Origin: Planctomycetota bacterium
GTDB lineage: Bacteria > Planctomycetota > JAJSAM01 > JAKLKS01
Assembly: GCA_023150535.1 (NCBI GenBank)
Contig: JAKLKS010000004.1
Location: 1 to 43,785 of the forward strand
Length of the DNA stretch: 43,785 bases
Direction: 5' to 3'
The notes beneath the pieces are model-generated. The model did not search any database and was not told the origin of the DNA. It saw only the letters and a program-made list of their open reading frames with translations. Of this stretch, positions 21,130 through 28,871 are shown in pieces. The position numbers and the translations under genes were made by a program. Each line of letters opens with the position of its first letter. The stretch's first letter is position 1.

Positions 21130-21387
21130 GTGCCCGTCTACGTCGAGGTGTTCGGCCCCGGCTGCGCGAAGTGCGAGGAGTCGGCGAAGGTGGCGGCGAA
21201 GTTCCTCGCCGACCGGCGGATCCCGGGAGAGGTCGTCAAGTTCAAGGACGTGAACAGCATGGCGTCCCGGGGCATCCTGCGGACGCCGACGGTCCTCATC
21301 GACGAGGAGAGGGTGGTCGAGGGGCGGGTCCTCCGGGAATCCGACCTGGACGCCTGGCTGCGGCGCCACCCGGAGGCGGCGCGGTGA
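21130..21387 (+). CDS. Small thioredoxin-like protein (MTH895/ArsE, Thioredoxin_3 type)
   Basis: GPGCAKC, TP motif, GRV; 85 aa; RBS GGAGG. Confidence 0.85.
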   Translation: MPVYVEVFGPGCAKCEESAKVAAKFLADRRIPGEVVKFKDVNSMASRGILRTPTVLIDEERVVEGRVLRESDLDAWLRRHPEAAR

Positions 21388-21827
21388 CCCCCCGCTCCGC
21401 CGCCGCGCTGGCGGGGCTCGTCGTCCTCGTGGCGGGGCTCGCGGTCTACCGGGAGTCGCGCCGGGAGGGCCCGGGCCCCGCTCCAGGCTCCCCCCCCGCC
21501 GCCGCCCCGGCCCCCGCCCCCTCCGCCGCCCCCGCGCCCGCCCCCCTCCCCCGGGTGCTCGACTTCGGCCGGGACACCTGAGCCTCCTGCAAGCGGATGA
21601 AGCCGGTTCTGGAGGAACTGGCCCGGAGGCACGAGGGGAAGGTGGAGGTCCGCATCGTGGACATCCGCGAGCCCGCGGGGGAGGAGCTCGCGAGGACCCA
21701 CCGCGTGAACCTCATCCCGACCCAGGTCCTGCTGGACGCGGCGGGGAGGGAGCGGTTCCGCCACGAGGGGTTCCTCCCCCTGGAGGACCTGGAGGCGGAG
21801 CTGGCGAGGCTCGGATGGACCCGCTGA
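21384..21827 (+). CDS. Membrane-anchored thioredoxin, predicted selenoprotein (UxxC; Sec at TGA 21579-21581)
   Basis: GTG overlapping the upstream stop; TM anchor, Pro/Ala linker, LDFGRDT-U-ASC-KRMKP then in-frame IPTQVLLD..G.E.FRHEG. Confidence 0.85.
21602..21622 (+). promoter_or_regulatory. Bacterial SECIS-like hairpin
   Basis: GCCGGUUC/GAACUGGC stem, UGGAG loop starting 28 nt after the UGA. Confidence 0.7.
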
Positions 21828-22540
21828 TCCTCCTCGCCGCCGCCTCGGAGGAGGGCCTGGCGGAGACGGTGCGCCGGCTCCTGGCGGAGTCCCCCTGGCT
21901 CGCCCCTGGGGCGGTGTTCCTCGGGGGGGTGCTCACGGCGCTCAATCCCTGCGTGCTGGCGACGCTCCCCCTGGTGGTGGCCTTCGTCGGGGGGCGGAGG
22001 GACGCGACCTCCGCGGGCCGGGGGATCGCGCTCACCCTCGCCTTCGTCGGGGGGCTCTCCGCGTCCTTCGCCGCCCTCGGCGTCGCCGCCGCGCTGACGG
22101 GGCGCCTGCTCGGGGACGCGGGGAGGTTCTGGGACTACGCGATCCTCGTCGTCTGCCTCGCCATGGGGGTCCACCTGACGGGGCTCCTCGAGGTCCCGCT
22201 CCCGAACTGGACCGTGACGCCCCGCTGGAGGGGCCTGCCGGGGGCGGCGGCCCTCGGCGCGCTCTTCGGCGCCGTCTCGACCCCCTGCGCCACGCCCATC
22301 CTCGTCGTCGTCATGGCCTACGTGGCCTCCTCGGGGGCGAGCCTCGCCTGGGGGGCGTTCCTCCTGTTCGTCTACGCGCTGGGGCACAGCCTTCTCCTCT
22401 TCGCCGTGGGGGCGTCCGCCGGCGCGGCGCGCACCCTCCTCGAATCCCCCCGTCTCGCCCTGGCCGGGCGGCGGCTCCGGCAGGGGGCCGGGATCCTCAT
22501 CGCCGCCGTCGGCGTCTGGGTCTTCCTCTCGAGGTCCTGA
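21815..22540 (+). CDS. CcdA/DsbD-beta family transmembrane disulfide reductant (ArsG-like)
   Basis: About 6 TM helices with LNPCVL and TPCATP. Confidence 0.85.
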   Translation: MDPLILLAAASEEGLAETVRRLLAESPWLAPGAVFLGGVLTALNPCVLATLPLVVAFVGGRRDATSAGRGIALTLAFVGGLSASFAALGVAAALTGRLLGDAGRFWDYAILVVCLAMGVHLTGLLEVPLPNWTVTPRWRGLPGAAALGALFGAVSTPCATPILVVVMAYVASSGASLAWGAFLLFVYALGHSLLLFAVGASAGAARTLLESPRLALAGRRLRQGAGILIAAVGVWVFLSRS

Positions 22541-22543
22541 ACC

Positions 22544-23713
22544 ATGTCCGAGCGCGCGAAGCTCCTCCTCCTCGCCGGCGTCTTCCTCGCCTGCTGGGCC
22601 ACCCCCTTCGGGGAGCCCCGTGTCCAGGGGGCGATCCTCGAGGGATTCCGCCTCCTCGGGGACTACGCCCGCGAGCACGTGATCCTCTGCCTCGTCCCGG
22701 CGCTCTTCATCGCCGGGGGGATCGTGGTCTTCCTCTCCCAGGGCGCGGTGATGCGGTACCTCGGGGCGAAGGCGGACCGGGTCGTGGCCTACGCCGTGGC
22801 CTCGGTCTCCGGGGGGATCCTGGCCGTCTGCTCCTGCACCGTCCTGCCGCTCTTCGCGGGGATCTACCGCCGCGGCGCCGGGCTCGGGCCCGCGACCTCC
22901 TTCCTGTACTCGGGACCGGCCATCAACGTGCTGGCCATCGTCCTGACGGCGCGGGTGCTCGGGTGGGAGATCGGCCTCGCCCGGGGCCTCGGGGCGATCC
23001 TGTTCGCGGTCGTCATCGGGCTGTCCATGGGGGCGCTCTTCCGCGGGGAGGAGGAGGAGCGGATCGAGAACGGCCCCGACCCCTTCGCGGCGGAGGGGGA
23101 GGCCGGGATCGGCCGGGCGGCCGCCATCCTCGGGGCGATGGTCGGCCTCCTCGTCTTCGCCAACTGGTCGAGGCCGGCGGAGGCCGGGGGGGTCCTCCAC
23201 GCCGTCTGGACCGTGAAGTGGTGGCTCGCCGGGGCCTGCCTCGCGGCCACGCTCCTCCTGGCCTGGAAGCGGTACGGCGCGGAGGAGCGGAGGACCTGGG
23301 TCGAGGAGACCTGGACCTACGCGAAGATGATGCTCCCGCTCCTGCTGGCCGGCGTCCTCGTCTCCGGCTTCCTCCTCGGCCGCCCCGGCGAGGACGCGGG
23401 CATCGTCCCCGAGCGCTGGATCCGGGACCTCGTCGGGGGGAACTCCCTGGCCGCCAACTTCTTCGCGGCGCTCTTCGGCGTCCTCATGTACTTCGCCACG
23501 CTCACCGAGGTCCCCATCCTCCAGGGGCTCATCGGGTCCGGCATGGGGCAGGGGCCGGCGCTGGCGCTCCTCCTCTCCGGACCGGCCGTCTCCCTCCCGA
23601 GCCTGCTGGTCATCCGCGGCGTGCTCGGGACGAGGAAGACCCTCGCCTACGCGGGGCTCGTCCTCGTCTTCTCGACCCTCGCGGGGTGGATCTACGGGGG
23701 GCTGGCGGGCTGA
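22544..23713 (+). CDS. DUF318/ArsP-family permease (organoarsenical efflux type)
   Basis: REHVILCLVPA, LAVCSCTVLP, SGPAIN, MYFATLTEVPI, GPAVSLPS. Confidence 0.85.
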   Translation: MSERAKLLLLAGVFLACWATPFGEPRVQGAILEGFRLLGDYAREHVILCLVPALFIAGGIVVFLSQGAVMRYLGAKADRVVAYAVASVSGGILAVCSCTVLPLFAGIYRRGAGLGPATSFLYSGPAINVLAIVLTARVLGWEIGLARGLGAILFAVVIGLSMGALFRGEEEERIENGPDPFAAEGEAGIGRAAAILGAMVGLLVFANWSRPAEAGGVLHAVWTVKWWLAGACLAATLLLAWKRYGAEERRTWVEETWTYAKMMLPLLLAGVLVSGFLLGRPGEDAGIVPERWIRDLVGGNSLAANFFAALFGVLMYFATLTEVPILQGLIGSGMGQGPALALLLSGPAVSLPSLLVIRGVLGTRKTLAYAGLVLVFSTLAGWIYGGLAG

Positions 23714-23740
23714 GAGGAGCCGGGAGGGGCCCTCCCCGGT

Positions 23741-23770
23741 TTCTGCGGCCCCCTTGCCCCCTCTTCGCGG
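23741..23770 (+). repeat. 30-bp direct repeat, copy 1 (copy 2 at 28742-28771)
   Basis: TTCTGCGGCCCCCTTGCCCCcTCTTCgCGG; 28/30 identical to copy 2. Confidence 0.75.
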
Positions 23771-23878
23771 GGGTGCAAGACCGTTCCTGAGCGCTCCGCT
23801 CCGGATCCCGAGGGCGGCTCCCCTTCTCCCTTCGGAGGAGGCGTTCCCCCGCTCCACGGCCTCGCGCCGCCTCCGGCG

Positions 23879-24020
23879 GGGAGGGGACCCCGCCGGGCGA
23901 CGCCCTTGCGGGATGGTGGGGCCATCGAGCCCCTCCCGGGGACTCCCTCCCCGCCGGGAGAAGCCACCGGGGTTCCGAGGGCCCTCCCCTCCCGCCGGTC
24001 ACCGCCGGCCCCTCCACCCC
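23879..24020 (-). repeat. ~140-bp inverted repeat, left copy
   Basis: Reverse complement aligns without gaps to 28531-28672, about 13 mismatches in 140 nt by hand count. Confidence 0.9.
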
Positions 24021-24324
24021 GCCGAGGACTCGCCCCCCTTCCCCCTTCCGGCGGGCCGTGAGGCGGAGGCAACGGCCTCTCCCATCAACGGAGATTGGGG
24101 GTTAATCCAAACGGGTGCAGGGAATTTCCCCCTCCGACCGGGCTTCCTCCCCAAACCGAACTCGCGACCACTCGCCCGTCACCCCGGTTCCTTGCCGGGC
24201 GTCAATCTCCCCCCGCGGGGCCCGTCGGTTGCTGGGCGACTTCGCCAGTCCGCAATCGGAGCTCCGGCCCGTGAGCCGGATGAGGATGCGGTGCAGCCTT
24301 GGGCCGCTGCAGGGAGGGCGAGGA

Positions 24325-25278
24325 ATGAAGCCATCGGGAGAAGAGTCCGGCCTCCTGTCACGCAGGGGGCTCCTCGTGGGTGCCGCATGCGCCGGCGTCG
24401 GGGCCGCCGTCGGAGGCATCGCCGCCGCCGGGGCCCCGGCGGAAGAGGCAGGCGGTCCCGCCCCCCCGGTGCCCGAGGGACCGGGCGAGACCCTCCGGAT
24501 GCTCCGGGACCTCCGAAGGGCCCTCGCCAGGAAGCCGGAGGAGCGGCGCTGGGGGATGGTCATCGACACGCGCCGGTGCATCGGGTGTCACGCCTGCACG
24601 GTCGCCTGCGTCGCCGAGAACAACCTGCCCTCGGGGGTGACCTACAGGAGGGTCTTCGAGGACTCCTACGGGGACTACCCCGACGTCCGGACCTCCTTCA
24701 TGCCCACGAACTGCATGCAGTGCGAGAAGCCCCCCTGCGTGGAGGCTGCCAACCGCGTCGTCCCCGGGGCCATGGGGAGGACGGTCGAGGGCGTCGTGAC
24801 GATCGACTACGCGAAGATGAAGGGACGCGAGGTGTTCGAGGTGGCCCGGAAGGCATGCCCCTACACGGCCCTCTACCTCGACGAAGGTCGGAACCACACG
24901 GACGGGACGCCCGCCGTTCAGGACTACGAGACGCGACCCGTCCCCGAGTACGGGAGGACCTGGACCCGCGGGGAGACGAAGGGCTCGACGAGGAAGTGCC
25001 ACTTCTGCCTGCACAGGGTCGATGCCGGACGCCTCCCTGCCTGCGTGTCCACCTGCACGGGGCTCGCCATGCAATTCGGGGACCTGGCCGATCCGAAAAG
25101 CCTCGTCTCCGAGAGGGTCGCCACGGGAGCCTGCCGGAGGCTCCATCCGGACAAGGGGACGAGCCCCCGCGTCCACTTCCTGGACGACTGGCCTGCCGAG
25201 GACGAGAAGGAGGCACCGCCCCCCCTCTCCAACCGTCCACGTCAGGACTGCTTGCGGTGCCACGAGTTCGGCCGGTGA
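24325..25278 (+). CDS. Tat-exported Fe-S subunit (TtrB/NrfC/DmsB family), predicted three clusters plus C-terminal CxxCH
   Basis: SRRGLL Tat motif; CIGCHACTVAC, CMQCEKPPCVEAA, KACPY, KCHFC..PACVSTC; ends DCLRCHEFGR. Confidence 0.85.
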   Translation: MKPSGEESGLLSRRGLLVGAACAGVGAAVGGIAAAGAPAEEAGGPAPPVPEGPGETLRMLRDLRRALARKPEERRWGMVIDTRRCIGCHACTVACVAENNLPSGVTYRRVFEDSYGDYPDVRTSFMPTNCMQCEKPPCVEAANRVVPGAMGRTVEGVVTIDYAKMKGREVFEVARKACPYTALYLDEGRNHTDGTPAVQDYETRPVPEYGRTWTRGETKGSTRKCHFCLHRVDAGRLPACVSTCTGLAMQFGDLADPKSLVSERVATGACRRLHPDKGTSPRVHFLDDWPAEDEKEAPPPLSNRPRQDCLRCHEFGR

Positions 25279-25319
25279 CGGGAGGCGACGCGGGCCGCGG
25301 AACGAGGGAGGAAACGAGG

Positions 25320-28300
25320 ATGCCCAAGAACAGAGGCGGCTTGCCAGACGAGTTCCGGGACTCCCGCCGGGGGTTCCTCGCCGGGGCCGCGCTCGCCGCC
25401 GGAAGCGCCGTCGCCTCGACCAGGGCAGCGGTCGCCCTCGCTGGCGAGGAGAAGGCCCCGCCGGCATCGCCCCCGGGAGGTCTCCCGGATGCCGACATCC
25501 GCACCGTGTGTCTGCAGTGCAACACGGGGTGCGGCATCCGCGTCCACACGCGCAACGGGAGCGCCGTCAAGATCGACGGGAACCCCTACAGCCCGTGGAC
25601 CATGGTGCCCTCGCTCCCCTACGCGACCCCCCTGGCGCAGTCTTCCCTCGTCGAGGGCTCTCTGTGTCCGAAGGGGCAGTCGGGGATCCAGACGGCCCAC
25701 GACCCCTACCGCGTGACCTCGGTCCTGAAGCGCTCCGGACCCCGGGGTTCCAACCGCTGGGAGACCGTCCCCTTCGACAAGGCCCTCGAGGAGATCGTGG
25801 AGGGCGGACGCCTCTTCGCGAAGGTCCCGGGTGAGGAAGGGCGCGAAGTCGCGGGGCTCCGGTCGCTGTTCGCGCTCCGCGACCCGAAGGTCGCCAAGGA
25901 GATTTCGGACGCCGTCTCCGCCCTGCGGAAGAAGAAGGCCCCGGACGACAGGAAGAAGGCCCTGGCGGAGTTCCGCGAGAAGTTCGCCGACCACCTCCAG
26001 GCCCTGATCGACCCCGACCACCCCGACTTCGGCCCCAGGAACAACCAGTTCGTGTTCGCATGGGGGAGGCTCAAGGGAGGGAGGTCGGAGTTCATCAAGC
26101 GGTTCGTGTCGGACTCCTTCGGATCCGTGAACGCCCACGGACACACGACGGTGTGCCAGGGCTCCCTCTACTTCACCGGGAAGGCCATGAGCGACCAGTT
26201 CTCGGAGGGCAAGTTCACCGGCGGCGGCAAGGCCTACTGGCAGGCCGACACGGCGAACGTGGAGTTCCTCATCGCCATCGGCTCGGCCTACATCGAGGGC
26301 GGCTACGGCCCCACCCACCACGCCCGCAAGCTCATGGCCAACCTCGTCGAGGGGAAGGTCAAGATCGCGGTCGTGGACCCGAGGTTCTCGAAGATCGCCG
26401 CCAAGGCCTGGAAGTGGGTCCCCGCGAAGCCCGGGACCGAGGGGGCGCTGGCCCTCGGCATGATCCGCTGGATCCTCGACAACGGGCGCCACGACGCGAA
26501 GTTCCTCTCCGCGGCGAACAAGGCCGCCGCGAAGGCGGCCGGCGAGTCCACGTGGACCAACGCCGCGTGGCTCGTGAAGGAGGACGGTTCTCTGCTGCGC
26601 GCATCGGAGATCGACATCGACGACAAGAGGAAGAAGAAGGCCGCGACCGGGCCCGATTGGGAACTCGACCCCTTCGTGGTGCTGCAGGGCGGGACTCCCC
26701 GGGCGGTGGACCCCGACGACGACTCCATGGCGATCACCGGGGACCTCCTCTTCACGGGGGAGGTCTCCGGGATCCGGGTGAAGACCTCCCTCCAGATCCT
26801 CCGGGAGTCGGCCAACTCCCGGACGCTCGCGGAGTGGGCGGCCCTCTGCGGGTTGGAGCCCTCCGTCCTCGAGGAACTGGCGCGGGAGTTCACCTCCCAC
26901 GGGAAGCGCGCCGTGGCGGACCTGCACCGGGGGGCCTCCCAGCACACCAACGGCTTCTACAACGTGCTGGCGATCTACAGCCTGAACGCCCTCGTCGGGA
27001 ACTTCGACTGGAAGGGCGGGCTCCTGAAGGCGACCACCTTCGACCACGCGGGCGGGAAGCCCGGGCAGCCCTACCCCCTCGCGAAGCTCCACCCCGCCAA
27101 GGCGGTCCCCTTCGGCCTCTCCGTCATCCGGCACGAGGCCTCCTACGAGGAATCGACGGTCTTCTCGGGGTACCCGGCGAAGCGCAACTGGTACCCGTTC
27201 GCGAGCGACATCTACCAGGAGATCATCCCGTCCATCGGGGACGCCTATCCCTACCCGGCGAAGGCCCTGTTCCTCTACATGGCCAATCCCGCCTACGCGT
27301 TGCCCGCGGGGAACACCAACATCGAGGTCCTCGCGGACCCGTCGAGGCTCCCCCTGGTGGTGGCCTGCGACATCACGATCGGCGAAACCACCCTCTACGC
27401 GGACTACGTGTTCCCCGACACCGGGTACCTCGAGCGGTGGGAGTTCCAGGGCAGCCACCCCTCCATCGCCGAGAAGGTCCAGCCGATCCGCAACCCGGCC
27501 ATCGCCTCGCCCAACGGGACCGTCCGGGTCTTCGGCGAGGAGATGCCCCTGTCCCTTGAGGCCATGCTGATCGGACTGGCGGCGAAACTCGGCCTCCCCG
27601 GCTACGGACCGGACGGCCTCGGGAAGGAACTTCCGCTCGCCCGGGCCGAGGACGTGTACCTCAAGATGGCCGCCAACGTGGCCTCCGGAGACGGGCCCGG
27701 GGAAGCGCTCCCGGAGGCCGACGACGCGGAGGTCGCCGCCTTCCTGGAGGCGCGGAAGCACCTTCCCGCGACGGTCTTCGACGCGGAGCGATGGAAGAAG
27801 GCCGCGGGCGAGGCCCACTGGAAGAGGGTGGTGTACGTCCTCAACCGGGGCGGGAGGTTCCAGGACAGCGAGAAGGCGTTCTCCGGGGAGAAGTTCGCCA
27901 ACAAGTACGGGAAGACGCTGAACCTCTACCTGGAGAAGGTGGCCCGGGCCAAGTCGGCGATGTCGGGGAAGCCCCTCGCCGGGGTGGCGGCCTACTTCCC
28001 CGTGGCGGACCTCCTCGGGAAGCCCGTCCCCGGCTCGGGGGATCCCGACGCCCTGACCCTCATCACCTACCGGGTCATCACCCAGACCAAGTCGCGGACC
28101 GTCGCCAACGACTGGCTGACGCAGGTCCAACCGTCGAACGAGATCCTGGTGAACTCCGCCGATGCGAAGAGGCTCGGGATCGCGAAGGGACAGCGCGTCC
28201 GCGTCGTCTCCGCGAGCAATCCGCGCGGGGTCTGGGACCTCCGGAACGGCACCGAGAAGCCCATGGTGGGTGCGGTCTCGGTCACCGAGGGCCTGCGCCC

Positions 28301-28526
28301 GGGCGTCGTGGCCTTCTCCCTCGGCAAGGGCCACTGGGCCTACGGTTCGTCGGACGCCTGGATCGACGGGAAGAGGATCCCCGGGGACCCGCGCCGCGCT
28401 GCGGGCGTCCACGCCAACGCCGCCATGGCGGTGGACCCGCACCTGAAGAACACGTGCCTCGTGGACCCCATCGGCGGGAGCGTGTCCTTCTACGACAGTC
28501 CCGTGCGCCTCGTCAAGGAGGGGTAG
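25320..28526 (+). CDS. Molybdopterin oxidoreductase catalytic subunit, tetrathionate reductase (TtrA/SrdA)-like
   Basis: SRRGFL Tat motif; CLQCNTGC...CPKG FS0 motif; GNPYSP, HTTVC, YADYVFPD..YLERW; 1068 aa. Confidence 0.85.
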   Translation: MPKNRGGLPDEFRDSRRGFLAGAALAAGSAVASTRAAVALAGEEKAPPASPPGGLPDADIRTVCLQCNTGCGIRVHTRNGSAVKIDGNPYSPWTMVPSLPYATPLAQSSLVEGSLCPKGQSGIQTAHDPYRVTSVLKRSGPRGSNRWETVPFDKALEEIVEGGRLFAKVPGEEGREVAGLRSLFALRDPKVAKEISDAVSALRKKKAPDDRKKALAEFREKFADHLQALIDPDHPDFGPRNNQFVFAWGRLKGGRSEFIKRFVSDSFGSVNAHGHTTVCQGSLYFTGKAMSDQFSEGKFTGGGKAYWQADTANVEFLIAIGSAYIEGGYGPTHHARKLMANLVEGKVKIAVVDPRFSKIAAKAWKWVPAKPGTEGALALGMIRWILDNGRHDAKFLSAANKAAAKAAGESTWTNAAWLVKEDGSLLRASEIDIDDKRKKKAATGPDWELDPFVVLQGGTPRAVDPDDDSMAITGDLLFTGEVSGIRVKTSLQILRESANSRTLAEWAALCGLEPSVLEELAREFTSHGKRAVADLHRGASQHTNGFYNVLAIYSLNALVGNFDWKGGLLKATTFDHAGGKPGQPYPLAKLHPAKAVPFGLSVIRHEASYEESTVFSGYPAKRNWYPFASDIYQEIIPSIGDAYPYPAKALFLYMANPAYALPAGNTNIEVLADPSRLPLVVACDITIGETTLYADYVFPDTGYLERWEFQGSHPSIAEKVQPIRNPAIASPNGTVRVFGEEMPLSLEAMLIGLAAKLGLPGYGPDGLGKELPLARAEDVYLKMAANVASGDGPGEALPEADDAEVAAFLEARKHLPATVFDAERWKKAAGEAHWKRVVYVLNRGGRFQDSEKAFSGEKFANKYGKTLNLYLEKVARAKSAMSGKPLAGVAAYFPVADLLGKPVPGSGDPDALTLITYRVITQTKSRTVANDWLTQVQPSNEILVNSADAKRLGIAKGQRVRVVSASNPRGVWDLRNGTEKPMVGAVSVTEGLRPGVVAFSLGKGHWAYGSSDAWIDGKRIPGDPRRAAGVHANAAMAVDPHLKNTCLVDPIGGSVSFYDSPVRLVKEG

Positions 28527-28530
28527 GCCG

Positions 28531-28672
28531 GTGGTCGAGGGTCCGGCGGTGACCGGCGGGAGGGGGGGACCCTCGGAGCCCCGTTGGCATCTGCCGTCGG
28601 GGAGGGAATCCCCGGGAGGGGCTCGATGGCCCCGCCATCCCGCAAGGGCGTCGCCCGGCGGGATCCCCTCCC
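28531..28672 (+). repeat. ~140-bp inverted repeat, right copy
   Basis: Starts 5 nt after the molybdoenzyme stop codon; matches the reverse complement of 23879-24020. Confidence 0.9.
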
Positions 28673-28741
28673 GGGCCGACCGCCGCCGCGCCGGGGCCGC
28701 CCCGGGGACCTTCCCAGGGGCGGCTCGATTCCCGGGCCAGG

Positions 28742-28796
28742 TTCTGCGGCCCCCTTGCCCCGTCTTCACGGAGCCCTCACGGGGCTCCCCCATCAT
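28742..28796 (+). promoter_or_regulatory. 30-bp repeat copy 2, containing Pho-box-like units, and -10 of porin 2
   Basis: CTTGCC(28754), TTCACG(28765), CTCACG(28776); CATCAT 9 nt later. Confidence 0.5.
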
Positions 28797-28871
28797 CCAG
28801 TCCACGTCCGGAGGCGCAGGGGGCCCACAGGGCAGGGCCCATCGCCCCGGAGACCTTCCAGGAGGAACAGC

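Noticed and set aside
21171-21827. Thioredoxin pseudogene or two small ORFs
   Set aside because: A TGA at the catalytic Cys position plus a SECIS-like hairpin is better explained by selenocysteine
24021-24324. Moco/Wco riboswitch or FNR box upstream of the reductase
   Set aside because: Hairpins are present, but I could not match the Moco consensus or a full TTGAT-N4-ATCAA
23754-25319. 1590-aa version of the molybdoenzyme
   Set aside because: The extension overlaps the Fe-S gene out of frame; RBS and Tat signal place the start at 25320
25320-28526. Calling the gene arrA, aioA or ttrA outright
   Set aside because: Too long for ArrA, no Rieske partner, no ttrC/ttrRS; substrate unresolved
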